A stretch of DNA of 60,151 nt, from IMG/VR virus record IMGVR_UViG_3300011334_000214, positions 1 through 60,151 of that record, one strand, 5' to 3'. The DNA comes from a virus. Taxonomy: Duplodnaviria > Caudoviricetes. Shown one piece after another: positions 35,201 through 44,666 of this stretch. Under the pieces are notes generated by a model. The model searched no databases. It was given only the letters and a program-made list of their open reading frames with translations, and was not told the DNA's origin. A program made the position numbers and the translations under genes. Position 1 is the stretch's first letter, and each line of letters begins with the position of its first letter.

Positions 35201-38200
35201 AGGTTGCTATTACAACTGAGACGACCATTACTCCTGAGGCTCAGTCACAGATTGACGCACTTAATGGTCAGATTGATGCGCTTACAAATGAGCGTAGCAG
35301 AATCGAGCAAGCTACTGCTGAGCCTGTTGCTGCTGAAGCTACTCCTACAGAGAAACGATTTGCAGGGAGTGTACTTGCTGCGACTCGTGTTGTAGCTGAG
35401 GACTTGGCTAAGCTAGTTGCTATTCTTACTAAGGCCAATAGGAATGTCAAGGTTATCACTGACAAGCAGGCGATGATTGACTTCTTGGTGAGCAAGGGTA
35501 TTACTCCTGAGCAGGCGGCGCAAGTGAAGGGCTTCCGCTTTGGCGACAAGGTGTATATCAATCCTGACCTAGCGACTGTTGACACTCCGATTCACGAGTT
35601 CGCCCACATTTGGGGTGAGCTATGTAAGAAACAGCGCCCTGAGTTGTGGAAGCGAGGCATCTCTTTAATTACAAAGTCAAACTACTACAAGGATTTGTTG
35701 GCTAGAATCAAGGCTAACCCTGAGTTGTCAAAGCTGTATGCTACTCCTGATGCCATCAAGGAAGAGGCGTTGATTCAGGCTATTGGTGAGCGTGGTGCTG
35801 TCATCTTTGATGATAACAAGTTGCAGTTGTTGTGGAATAATTGGGTTAACGCATTCGATAACTTCGTGAAGAAGCTCTTGGGATTGCCGTTGACTACCGA
35901 CATCACGAAGATTAAGCTTAGTGAGTTCCTTGACATGGCAGCGACTGAGGTATTGACAGGTAAAGGTACAGGTATCGGTGGTGAGATGACCATTGAGAAG
36001 ACCAAGGCCGCTAAGAATATTGAGGCGCAGGTTGATTCTTTCAATAATAAATTAAACACAAGGCTTGTAGATAAAACCACTAAGCTATTAGAAGATAAGT
36101 TCAGTCCAAACTTTAAAAATACAATTGAAGAGAGGTTGTCAAAGTTTGATGAGCAAATAGCAAATAAAAAATTCCCTTCTGTATTGGAATTTGCTGAATA
36201 TGTATTGCCGAGAAGTGTATTCAATAAGTATAGTAAGCTTTATGAGCTAGCTGCAAGAAACAATATAACTGTCTCAAATGAGAGATTGCCTTATGGGATG
36301 GCTGCTGCTTGGGCATTTAACAGTGTACAGATTAATAAGTACACTTCAAAAAATTACATAGATGATTACAATGAGTTTGCTGAAACTTTAAACCATGAAA
36401 TAATACATGGATTAATAAGCTATGGGATAAGAGATAATTATGCTTTAAGCAGAGATTTGAATGATATAATGAATCAGGTTTTGGATAAATTTGATTCTGC
36501 TTCAGATGAAGTTAAAAACATAATATCGTATATTCAGGATACAAGTAATGAGTTTATTGAGAAGGATATATTAGGAGCAACAAGTGAAGAATTAGATAGT
36601 GATAACTACAGACAAACAGGTTCTTTAGAAGAATTAATCACGTATGCTTTCACAAATAAAGAGTTTGCCGATTTCCTAGACTCTATACCTTCATCGAAAA
36701 AAATAAATGTAAAAGGAGATTCAATCTTCCAACAACTTAAAAATTTAATTCGTGGGTACATTAATAAGATTGCAGGGAAATCAACTGCTCTTGATGAGAT
36801 AAATGCTGTTATTGACAATTACTTTGATACATCTTTCAGAGAACAGTATATTGCAGAAGCAAATGAAAAGTATGAATGGGGATTAAAGTTTAAGGGAAAT
36901 AAAAATATTCTTGATAAATATGATAATGACCCTAGAAAAATTTCTGAAGCATATCATAAAGCGAGACAAGATGGGAGTAATCCTGAATTGGTATCGGTAG
37001 TTGAAAATACGTTGGGCAAGGAAGCCTTAAATGAAATTGTTCAGTTTCAAGCACAGCAGTCAGCCAATGACCTTGCAAAGATTATCAAGGACGCTATCAA
37101 GGCTAAGCTAACAAAGGCTCAGATTGTTGACATCTTGGTAAAGCGCGGTGGCTTAACAGCTGCCGAGGCTAGCCAAGCGTACAATGACGTAAAGGCAGGC
37201 AATGCTGTTGCCGCAACTCCTTCTCCTACCGCACCTACTACTGCTGCGCCTGAACCAAAAGGAACTAAGTTTGCTACACGAATTGCTGATGCAATTGAAA
37301 AGATGTCAAATGGCGTGTTTGATAACAGCGTGAAGCAGGCTTTGATTGACAACATTAATGCAGCTCGTACTCAAATCAGACAAGCACTGACAACTGAGAA
37401 GGCTCTGCGTAAAGAGCTTATTGATATTCTTAAGCAGATGAGAACAAGCGGTAAGCTATCTCAAACGCAAGCTCTATCTCTATTGCGCTCGTTCGCAAAC
37501 ACTGACATCTATAGTGATGCTTCTATAAATAGATTCGTCAATACAGTCATGAGTGCCATGCAGAATGCAGAAGCAAAGCAGGAAGATTCACGATTGGCAT
37601 CAGCAGTAAAAGTGGCCTCTAAAAATATCATGAGAAAGATTGGTATGTCTGAGTCGCTAACGCCACTTCTAAAAGCTGTATTCAGTATCAAGCCATCTGC
37701 TATCCCTGCATCAGTAAAGGCGAAGTACACTGCGCTTGTAGACATGATGTCTCAGAAGGGTCGTGAGATTCCTTTGGGAGAAATCGGTCAAGTAACAGAC
37801 ATGGCGAATGATGTATTCGATGCAATCCAAGACCAATTCAGAGTGATGTCTCTCAAGAGAGTATTCAAGAAGTTTGAGAACAAAGTGTTTGATAGCAATA
37901 ATGAACTAGACTTAGACGCTACCATAAATGCTATGATTGACGGTAATATCATCTCAGCGGAGGATGCTGATATCATCAGAAATAATGCCGATGAATTTAA
38001 GGCTGAGCTGAAAGATGAAACAGTAGACCCTCAAGAAAGGATTGATTTGATTGATGGCGTAAAATCACAAGCTCGTGCTACCAATGTCGACAACTTGCAA
38101 AACAGAATGGAGCGTGATGCGGCGAGAGAACTCATTAAGATGATTAATGAAGGTGGCATTGAAGCGCTTACCAATAACGAGCTTGCAAACTTGTCCATCA

Positions 38201-40869
38201 TATTATCAAATATCAATAACGGAATCTATACTCACTACGCAAATACATTGTCAAATGCGATGAGCTATTATCTATCTGCAAATGGCGTTAAGAGTTTGGT
38301 GTTTAATACTAAGCCATTGGCTTTCTCAGCAGCCTACGCCAATATCGTAAAACTATTTACGAAGAGCAAGTCAAAGATTGAAACAATGATAACTCAGAAT
38401 CCGATTGAGTACTTAGACCAATTGCTAGGAAACTTCGGAGACCCTAAGGTATTTAAAAAGCTGTTCAACAATGTTGCTAAATTATATGCTACCTATAAGT
38501 CAAAATACTTAGGCATTGACAGCCGATTGAATAAGGCGTATGACAAGGTATTTAAATCTCATGGGTTTGACATTGAGCTGATGACTGAATCAAATATGAA
38601 GATGTATGCATATCTTCTTCAGTTAGAATACATGTCAAACATCGGAGTTAAAGGAGTAAACCCTGCAGCTAAATATATTGATGCTACTATCAAGCAGTTG
38701 CGCAAGGATATGAAGAATGCAGAGGCCGACATCTTAGAAAAAATCAAGGATGAATTTGTCATCAATGACCAAGTAGATATTGATAAGCTATACAACTCAT
38801 TCAATGCCGCAGAAAAAAGTGCGATAAATGAGATTCGAGAAATCAATAATGGCAATTCAGATATGGCATTGTACACATCTGCTGTAATCACAGGTGATAA
38901 GTCAAAGACTTATGCTAACTATATCCATCATAATGTTATTGATGATTCTGATAACTCTCGTGAAGGCGGCCTAGCTAATATGATGATGAACAATACGAAT
39001 CCATCAACAAAGGCTAAGTCATTGATTTCACGTACAGGTGGTGTAAGAGCTTTGAACTTCGACCCATTTGCTGCTACACGTAAGAGCTCTAAGCAAATTC
39101 TGATTGATTACTACTTAACAGACCAAGTGAGACGGTCAAGAGGAACTATCAACGCTCTTCGTAATATGGCAATTGAGGAAGGTAAATTCAAAGGGAATAC
39201 TCAAGAGGCCATTCAAGCGCTTGAACAGGTGCTAAATAAGGCGTTAGAGAATACATTCTTGAATGCATACTTAGAGACAACATTGGCTGATGACGTGTCT
39301 ACATTTATTCAGAAGACAGGATACCGAGCTATCTTAGGTAGAATACCAAGGGTAATTGGCGAGTTTCTTTCTAACGTATCTGCTATTATTATGGACCCTG
39401 TTGCATTTGTAGAGGGCTTGAAATACTCTAAAATACTAATGAGTGATAAAGGCCCTGAGATAATGAAGAACTTAAATGCCAATCAGCAGACAAGGATTTA
39501 TCCATCAGGAGGTTTGAGTGGTTCATTCGTGGACACTGATGCTATGATGTCACGTACAGGTAAGCGAGGCATTAGCAATAAGTTCTTAAATAAATTATCT
39601 CAATTGTGGAACTACACAGGCAAGCCGCTTCAAAATGCTACTGAGACTATTGCTGATAATATGATTTCAGGGCCTGATAAAATTGTTGCTCGCCCTATGT
39701 GGTTTGGTAAGTTTGCAACTGAGTTCAAGAAGATTACAGGAGTTGACCCTGACTTTGATAAAATTGCAGCTAACGATGAAGCGTACATGACGCAGTACAA
39801 AGAAGCTCTTGAGAATGCAACTGACCAAGCTGACGTTACATCTACTCGCTTAAGCGCTGCTAACAACCCATTCAAGGGTATCTTAAAAAATGCTATCAAT
39901 CCTAAGCAGGGAATGACTAAGAAGTTGTTCATTCAATTCAACAGCTTCATGACTCAATTCCTTGTCTATGATTTTAATGCAGCTCGCACTGCTGTGTATG
40001 CTTTGGCAGGCAAAGGAACTATTAGCAAAACTCAAGCAACTATGCTTTTAAGTGGTATTGTACTTCGTATGATGACATATCAAATTATTATGAATCAGAT
40101 GAACTCATTGATAGGCAATCTATTTAAGGATGAGGATGATGAAGAAGAAAATGAAAAATCATTCACAGACCAATTGACTCAGGCGGCAGCTGGTACATTG
40201 GCATCATTTGCGTTTGGCAGAAACTTTGGTAATACCACTAGAACACTCGTTAACTATGGTGTAGAAAAGGTGAATGAGAAATACTTTGACTTCCTAAGAG
40301 AAGGTGAGTATGACCCCTATACCGATAAGCTAGTGTACTCACCAATCCAAGATGGGAAAATTAATGGACTTGATGATGTTGCTATCGCTCTGTCAGGGCC
40401 TCTATCTCCTACATTAAAAACAGCAAAGCTTGCATTCAGAGCATTTGGTAAGGAAAAGAAAGAGGAAGATGCCATTAAGAGGCAAGAGCTTGAGAAGGCT
40501 AGGGTCTTCCTTGAGACAGGTGGTAACGCAGGGTTAGTCCCATTCTATGGTGACATAAGAGCTGTCTTTAACTCATACATCTACAAGGACTTGAAAAATA
40601 AAATCAAGAGCATGGGTGCAAGTGAAGGAGTTAGCCGAGAGTTCTTGAAGAGATACTTTCCTGCTCAATATGAATCATTGTATGGAGAGCAAGGGTCTAT
40701 AACACAAGCTGAAGCCCCTATGAAAGCTGCTCAGAAAGAAATTGATTCTCTTGTTCAGAAAATCACTGATGAAGCAATGGGATATGTTGAGCCATCAGAA
40801 GAAGAAAAGAAAGAGAAGGAAAGGCAAAAGAGAGCAGAGAATAAAGCTAAGAAGGCGAGTGGTCAATAA
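32257..40869 (+). CDS. Giant internal virion / polyvalent protein with two zincin HExxH motifs
   Basis: 2870 aa; HEFAH (~35593) with downstream EEAL, HEIIH (~36394) with downstream EELIT; last gene of the late arm. Confidence 0.8.
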   Translation: MNEALDILFQDAVSTGYKGTKDDFSNLLKTNPEARKIVFDDAVSTGYNGTFDDFNSLIGLNAQPVAVQPDKKKVATALPSAASSSESVSTRPTEPTIATRKPQTTSFGTYGVSKPQPPTAPFKKPVAPEPESILGPVEKDMSVSREVSMRPTQPAMPKPAAPEPTSEANDYFTKSLDIIKSDFVGLAEGEVVPKLNYTFGQYGFKFNEAGPMVDQVEVVAPDGKTKETFSLDGFMFTDSDSTEAARLRKFISDNRPKSELLAAKEGQYTKPILEDKQIQETIMSLNADTDKLNKDFQEFKRLSSELEAKVSSVESMTPQQKEQFIQASNILEAKRLDIIRREQQIKSRDKSLEAEVGKYASMKGESGNAFTATRDALYGIIDDFYYGAMRGIGGLQTAVGLDNPATRVQSKALEVIPDYKDIVRKKFASESYKEYRESLPWLANAALGLVESVPAMIPVVGLPISIMQYTGQNYEDLDKADLTEGEKSVYATALAIPSAILAKMGFENAISEKLLGELLLKRALPRIGINFTLPQITNIIENDVKNLMVKGLLRIGVAGAAEFESGAIEEIIDIGGKKLINALEEKKIFKTPENFLEGLKQVAEAGAAEAVGGAIIGTVSAGAKGYQENKFENLLDDQVALLHQISSDPTFIDAYKVKIKQAVADGKITAEEGQSQEQSFDKMVGQLRSIPDGISPAGQKEALRLLKERDTLQAKIDASDPDLVAKEKARVAEIKEKLNKISEDYAVQESGTAEGVLRNEEPQVGLQEMGEGNAEGQAAPQETIVQEEVTAEPLDQKSNRLLDAIDTARQAGADGIDALNSSLANLRGIASERVKQIGNRIDDLQQKVRDLTKSSTVPSATLSDLAGTQVNYNGESGTLNISEGGAVTFETPNQVIEIENATPTSMAADFKIEAPKPAIEITPTTDRFIDNDNVVINNVEYGIQADDNGNVVGLQLKDGSNQVLTNPQLLVKAETIRNTEGKVAITTETTITPEAQSQIDALNGQIDALTNERSRIEQATAEPVAAEATPTEKRFAGSVLAATRVVAEDLAKLVAILTKANRNVKVITDKQAMIDFLVSKGITPEQAAQVKGFRFGDKVYINPDLATVDTPIHEFAHIWGELCKKQRPELWKRGISLITKSNYYKDLLARIKANPELSKLYATPDAIKEEALIQAIGERGAVIFDDNKLQLLWNNWVNAFDNFVKKLLGLPLTTDITKIKLSEFLDMAATEVLTGKGTGIGGEMTIEKTKAAKNIEAQVDSFNNKLNTRLVDKTTKLLEDKFSPNFKNTIEERLSKFDEQIANKKFPSVLEFAEYVLPRSVFNKYSKLYELAARNNITVSNERLPYGMAAAWAFNSVQINKYTSKNYIDDYNEFAETLNHEIIHGLISYGIRDNYALSRDLNDIMNQVLDKFDSASDEVKNIISYIQDTSNEFIEKDILGATSEELDSDNYRQTGSLEELITYAFTNKEFADFLDSIPSSKKINVKGDSIFQQLKNLIRGYINKIAGKSTALDEINAVIDNYFDTSFREQYIAEANEKYEWGLKFKGNKNILDKYDNDPRKISEAYHKARQDGSNPELVSVVENTLGKEALNEIVQFQAQQSANDLAKIIKDAIKAKLTKAQIVDILVKRGGLTAAEASQAYNDVKAGNAVAATPSPTAPTTAAPEPKGTKFATRIADAIEKMSNGVFDNSVKQALIDNINAARTQIRQALTTEKALRKELIDILKQMRTSGKLSQTQALSLLRSFANTDIYSDASINRFVNTVMSAMQNAEAKQEDSRLASAVKVASKNIMRKIGMSESLTPLLKAVFSIKPSAIPASVKAKYTALVDMMSQKGREIPLGEIGQVTDMANDVFDAIQDQFRVMSLKRVFKKFENKVFDSNNELDLDATINAMIDGNIISAEDADIIRNNADEFKAELKDETVDPQERIDLIDGVKSQARATNVDNLQNRMERDAARELIKMINEGGIEALTNNELANLSIILSNINNGIYTHYANTLSNAMSYYLSANGVKSLVFNTKPLAFSAAYANIVKLFTKSKSKIETMITQNPIEYLDQLLGNFGDPKVFKKLFNNVAKLYATYKSKYLGIDSRLNKAYDKVFKSHGFDIELMTESNMKMYAYLLQLEYMSNIGVKGVNPAAKYIDATIKQLRKDMKNAEADILEKIKDEFVINDQVDIDKLYNSFNAAEKSAINEIREINNGNSDMALYTSAVITGDKSKTYANYIHHNVIDDSDNSREGGLANMMMNNTNPSTKAKSLISRTGGVRALNFDPFAATRKSSKQILIDYYLTDQVRRSRGTINALRNMAIEEGKFKGNTQEAIQALEQVLNKALENTFLNAYLETTLADDVSTFIQKTGYRAILGRIPRVIGEFLSNVSAIIMDPVAFVEGLKYSKILMSDKGPEIMKNLNANQQTRIYPSGGLSGSFVDTDAMMSRTGKRGISNKFLNKLSQLWNYTGKPLQNATETIADNMISGPDKIVARPMWFGKFATEFKKITGVDPDFDKIAANDEAYMTQYKEALENATDQADVTSTRLSAANNPFKGILKNAINPKQGMTKKLFIQFNSFMTQFLVYDFNAARTAVYALAGKGTISKTQATMLLSGIVLRMMTYQIIMNQMNSLIGNLFKDEDDEEENEKSFTDQLTQAAAGTLASFAFGRNFGNTTRTLVNYGVEKVNEKYFDFLREGEYDPYTDKLVYSPIQDGKINGLDDVAIALSGPLSPTLKTAKLAFRAFGKEKKEEDAIKRQELEKARVFLETGGNAGLVPFYGDIRAVFNSYIYKDLKNKIKSMGASEGVSREFLKRYFPAQYESLYGEQGSITQAEAPMKAAQKEIDSLVQKITDEAMGYVEPSEEEKKEKERQKRAENKAKKASGQ
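34490..34624 (+). CDS. Nested small basic protein in the +1 frame (MPFKSQAQR...)
   Basis: MPFKSQAQRKACYAMKSPKWDCKKWEKETPKGKPLPKKLLSKKK; A-rich upstream region. Confidence 0.6.
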   Translation: MPFKSQAQRKACYAMKSPKWDCKKWEKETPKGKPLPKKLLSKKK

Positions 40870-41273
40870 CGAATGTATCGAAGTCCCTTCTGCTTATCGA
40901 AGTAACACATCATCTCAAGGTCGTTTGCAGCTCCAACACGGGGCTGCATTCCGCCGTACTTGACAACTCCTTCGAGCTCTTCTACTTTGCCATAGATGAT
41001 ACCATCTTCACAGGCCCAAATAATCATGGGGTTGTGGCGCTTGGCCATAAGGTTAGCAACCTTCTTCACAGCAACAGGTAAAGGGTAGGCGTTTCGCATT
41101 GTGCGATTCCTACCCTTCACTTCAACGTATGCTAGTGGAATATTATTATCGTCAACAATCTTAAAGTCAATGTCCATTGCACCTAGCTTGACAGCTTTGC
41201 CGCCGAATACCTTGGTGTATAGTTCAATTGCTTTGAGTTCTCGCAGCCTGTCCTGCTCAGTCTCGAAAATCAT
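40863..41273 (-). CDS. PD-(D/E)XK nuclease-like protein
   Basis: IDF...YVEVKGR motif. Confidence 0.7.
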   Translation of the reverse strand: MIFETEQDRLRELKAIELYTKVFGGKAVKLGAMDIDFKIVDDNNIPLAYVEVKGRNRTMRNAYPLPVAVKKVANLMAKRHNPMIIWACEDGIIYGKVEELEGVVKYGGMQPRVGAANDLEMMCYFDKQKGLRYIRY

Positions 41274-41439
41274 CGTCGATATTTTTAAGTAAGTACCGAA
41301 GCTCTTCCATAAGTTCAAATGCCTTGTCCTTAGCAATGTCTATCTCATTGTCGCAGACGTGCTCGTAAATGCTAGTGACAATGTCATGCATATCTGAGGT
41401 AATGAAACCTATCTCTTTAGCTTTTGCGGCTCTACTCAT
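41257..41439 (-). CDS. Hypothetical protein
   Basis: 60-aa ORF coupled to its neighbours. Confidence 0.6.
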   Translation of the reverse strand: MSRAAKAKEIGFITSDMHDIVTSIYEHVCDNEIDIAKDKAFELMEELRYLLKNIDDDFRD

Positions 41440-41975
41440 AAGCTGAATCTGCGTGCCGTCTGTATCATCTTCTTAACAAAGAAATCTTTCTCATTATTTG
41501 GGACATTTGTCTCAATCTCTGTAAGAAGCTCTTCGTATTTTCGTCCGATTGCAACGGTGGCTTTGTTCTTCTCCTTCCACAAAGATAAGAGTTTAATTTC
41601 CTCTTGCAATAGTAAGATGGTATTTTTTAGTTGCTTATTCTCAGCCTGTTCCATATCCTGAATGGGAGTGTGGAATGCAGTAGAAACTATCTCGAACTTT
41701 TTCCTAACATTCTTATCCATATTTATGTACGATTCAATCGCACCTAAATGGTATATGATTGTGGTGTGGTCGTATCCCATCTTGTCACCAATCTGCTTAA
41801 GCGTGTGACCGCTAGAGCGAAGGAGAAGTGAGCACATCATCTTGGCTTCAGAGACTAGCCGCTCTCTTGTGCGGCGAGTGATGTCTGCGCCAAGGGTTGT
41901 CTTGCAGATAAATACTAATCTATCGTATTGATAATCAATGTCCTCTAAATACTTCAGTTCTAATTCCATGTTCAT
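41436..41975 (-). CDS. DnaA domain IV-like HTH protein
   Basis: RTRERLVSEAK...TLKQIGDKMGYDHTTIIY matches the DnaA C-terminal signature. Confidence 0.8.
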   Translation of the reverse strand: MNMELELKYLEDIDYQYDRLVFICKTTLGADITRRTRERLVSEAKMMCSLLLRSSGHTLKQIGDKMGYDHTTIIYHLGAIESYINMDKNVRKKFEIVSTAFHTPIQDMEQAENKQLKNTILLLQEEIKLLSLWKEKNKATVAIGRKYEELLTEIETNVPNNEKDFFVKKMIQTARRFSL

Positions 41976-42177
41976 TTAATTCTTTAATTCTAAACTCTTG
42001 TAACTTTGATAGCTTACCATCGGGTCGCTTCACTTCGCAGAATAGCACGTTGCTATCTCTTGGTATTGCGAGCAGGTCAGGGATGCCATTCTTATTTGTC
42101 CTAACGAGTTTGATAACGTAGTAACCCTGCGCCTCAAGCTCTTTGATTCTCTTTGATTGTATCTGCTGCTCAGTCAT
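41935..42177 (-). CDS. VRR-NUC domain nuclease
   Basis: TEQQIQ, GIPDLL, FCEVK...LSKLQ. Confidence 0.9.
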   Translation of the reverse strand: MTEQQIQSKRIKELEAQGYYVIKLVRTNKNGIPDLLAIPRDSNVLFCEVKRPDGKLSKLQEFRIKELNEHGIRTEVFRGH

Positions 42178-42358
42178 TTATAAAACAATAGATTCCAAAT
42201 AAAATAAATCCTGCCAACATAAAGTAATACAATGTTACTACTAATGCAACAAAGTATTTTGGCCTTTCTTCAACTAAATCAAATGACTTGATGAATAATG
42301 ATGTAGAGACAAGTATTGCTACTACTATAAATATTACGATTGAAATTTCACTTTTCAT
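42170..42358 (-). CDS. Small two-TM membrane protein
   Basis: Two hydrophobic segments; AT-rich insert between helicase and VRR-NUC. Confidence 0.6.
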   Translation of the reverse strand: MKSEISIVIFIVVAILVSTSLFIKSFDLVEERPKYFVALVVTLYYFMLAGFILFGIYCFIND

Positions 42359-43796
42359 AAAAGTTCTTTTTGAAGTGAGCTAAGGTAAAGTCCTTCTTCT
42401 TCCTTACAGTTTTGTATATCTCATGCTCAATACCGTCCTTTGAGAATACCCAATAGACATTGTTCTCAAGGCGTTCCTTGGTGGTCATCCTATCTCTTGA
42501 CTGCCAATAGCTTGTAGCACTGAAGTCAATGTTGTAGTACACCAATGCCTCGGCATTACGAAGAGAGATTCCTTCTCGGCCGCTGACAATCTGAAGGGCG
42601 ATGACACGCTTGCCTGCATCAAATTCAGTAAGGTCGTCCGTCATCTCGTCACCGAATACCGCCTTCAATGCTTTGTACTCTTCCTTAAATTTGTAGAAGA
42701 TACCAATGCGCTTGCCTGCGAAGTGGTCTTTGATGAAGTCAGCCTTGGTGGTATCAATAACCATTGAGTCGCCGCTCTCAAACTTAATTGTGCCTGAGTA
42801 CAATTGGTGCAGCTTAGACATCAGCTTAACGGGCGTGTCTGCCAAGATGGTATTCACTGCTCCCTCAATAACCAAGTCCTTCTTCAGCCTGTCAATCAGC
42901 TTGTACGTTGATGGCTTCAGCTCTACCTCAAGCACGTGCTCCTCAATCTCTACGTTGAAGCCTGCTTCGCTCTGCGTGTAGTTGATGGTGTATGGAGACA
43001 TTGCGTCAATGATGTCCTTCTTACCATTGCTGTAGTCATTAATGAACATACCATTGATGCGCTTCTGTCCTACGTTCACGTAGTCGTGGCAGAACTTGTA
43101 GAAGTTAATGTACTTGGCGAATGGGTTGTTAGGGATACCATACACTTGATGGTACATCTGAGAGTACGACTCAGGCGTTGGCGTTCCCGACATGAGGATA
43201 ACGTATGGTACGTTTCGAGCGATGACATTCTTCACGGCGATGGCTCTATTGCTTGGCTTAGCAAATGCACCGAGTGAGTGCGCCTCGTCAACCACAATAG
43301 CGTCCCACTTCTTGTTATGCTCTACCAAATGCAACGATTCGTAGTTGATAACCGTTAAGTCAAAGCTTGGGTTAAGTAAGTGGTAATCATTGGTGATGCT
43401 GCCCATGGCTTTCTTCTTGGTGATGAACAGCACGTTCTCAACGGGCAGCTCATCCAAGATGCCTAAGCTAGTAAGCGTCTTACCTGTCCTTACCTCCATC
43501 GCTAGATAGATGAACCGATGAATGTTCATGATGGCTACACCCTTAGCGATGATATGCTCTTGGTAATCTCTGAACTCGACTGAATTGTATTTCTTTCCCA
43601 TCTCGTTTTCGTATAGTTGTTTGTAATGCTCGTAGCTTCTCTCAATTGAATCATTGATTAATGCGGAGCTCTTGTATTTATTGGATACGACACCCTTATC
43701 GTCAGCCTTGGACGACGTGATAATCTTGCGCAGGGTGTCGCAGTACTCAACCATCATCTTGTTGGAGTACATCGGCCTGCGTTCGATGATTTTCAT
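42348..43796 (-). CDS. SNF2-like SF2 helicase
   Basis: RDYQ, RTGKT, INYES, VVDEAH, SGTP, EGISL, QSRDR. Confidence 0.9.
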   Translation of the reverse strand: MKIIERRPMYSNKMMVEYCDTLRKIITSSKADDKGVVSNKYKSSALINDSIERSYEHYKQLYENEMGKKYNSVEFRDYQEHIIAKGVAIMNIHRFIYLAMEVRTGKTLTSLGILDELPVENVLFITKKKAMGSITNDYHLLNPSFDLTVINYESLHLVEHNKKWDAIVVDEAHSLGAFAKPSNRAIAVKNVIARNVPYVILMSGTPTPESYSQMYHQVYGIPNNPFAKYINFYKFCHDYVNVGQKRINGMFINDYSNGKKDIIDAMSPYTINYTQSEAGFNVEIEEHVLEVELKPSTYKLIDRLKKDLVIEGAVNTILADTPVKLMSKLHQLYSGTIKFESGDSMVIDTTKADFIKDHFAGKRIGIFYKFKEEYKALKAVFGDEMTDDLTEFDAGKRVIALQIVSGREGISLRNAEALVYYNIDFSATSYWQSRDRMTTKERLENNVYWVFSKDGIEHEIYKTVRKKKDFTLAHFKKNFYEK

Positions 43797-43877
43797 GGCT
43801 CGATGTTGTGTCCTAGATGGATGAGAATATCTTTGATGAGCTTCAGCTTATCGCCTGTGTACTCAAAGTCTTTGTCA

Positions 43878-44156
43878 TTAACCCGAATGACTGTGTGATA
43901 CTTGGCTACCATCCCGCTTTGGCATAGTTCCTTCCTCTTGTGTATCTTTACTCTTTTGGTACTCATGTAATATTTTTAATTCTTCCAATTTAATTTTAGC
44001 GCAATCCAAAGAGTCCTTAGCATCAGCGAAGTCTTCGTCGGTATATCTATTACCAACCTTGCTGAAGTAATGATTCTTCTTCCAATCGGTCATGAACTTG
44101 AGATTGTTCTCAAGCTTAGCGACTGTCTTCTCTGCTTTTTTAATCTGCTCAGTCAT
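43878..44156 (-). CDS. Hypothetical protein
   Basis: 92-aa ORF in the operon. Confidence 0.55.
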   Translation of the reverse strand: MTEQIKKAEKTVAKLENNLKFMTDWKKNHYFSKVGNRYTDEDFADAKDSLDCAKIKLEELKILHEYQKSKDTQEEGTMPKRDGSQVSHSHSG

Positions 44157-44343
44157 CTGACATCTCAGTTACCCAATCAGCAATTACTTCATTGATGAGT
44201 TCCATCTCGTAATGAGTTGGTTCATACTCACGCTTGTTTACTTCGATTGCAGTTTGCTCCCAACCATCGACACCCTGTTCCATAAGAACAAAGATGTCGT
44301 GGTCTTCAGCTTCTACTTTTACCCAATACTTTTTGAGGTTCAT
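44149..44343 (-). CDS. Hypothetical protein
   Basis: Overlapping start/stop with neighbours. Confidence 0.6.
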   Translation of the reverse strand: MNLKKYWVKVEAEDHDIFVLMEQGVDGWEQTAIEVNKREYEPTHYEMELINEVIADWVTEMSDD

Positions 44344-44666
44344 ATCTCAGTGATTATAGGCTTGTTACAAAGGTGGCATTCAATAGTCGCTCCGTAGTGG
44401 TCGAACACTGGGTATTCGCATTCACACATGGGAACTTGTTCGTCTAGTAGGTCGATGATTCCACGCAGTTCAGCGCAGAACTCATACATTTCTTTCTCTT
44501 CAAAGTAAGACAGCACTCGGTTTATTTGGTAGGTGTCAACTTCTCCGCCAACCTCATGACCAAATACCCCCATGCCTGACTCCATTACCTCAGTAATGGT
44601 ACTGCGTGATGTCATTACATTGAATGAGTTCATCATGGCAATGTGCCTAATCGTTTCGTTCTTCAT
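44340..44666 (-). CDS. Hypothetical protein with C-terminal Cys cluster
   Basis: YFEEKEMYEFCAEL; CEC...CHLC. Confidence 0.65.
   Translation of the reverse strand: MKNETIRHIAMMNSFNVMTSRSTITEVMESGMGVFGHEVGGEVDTYQINRVLSYFEEKEMYEFCAELRGIIDLLDEQVPMCECEYPVFDHYGATIECHLCNKPIITEI

Noticed and set aside
38760-38795. DQVDIDKLY as a crAss-type virion RNA polymerase DFDID motif
   Set aside because: The first Asp of DxDxD is missing (QVDID) and the context looks helical; no other RNAP motif seen.
2141-40963. Many 60-160 aa antisense or off-frame ORFs inside the large late genes
   Set aside because: Shadow ORFs without recognisable motifs or initiation signals; only 4222-4686 and 34490-34624 were kept.
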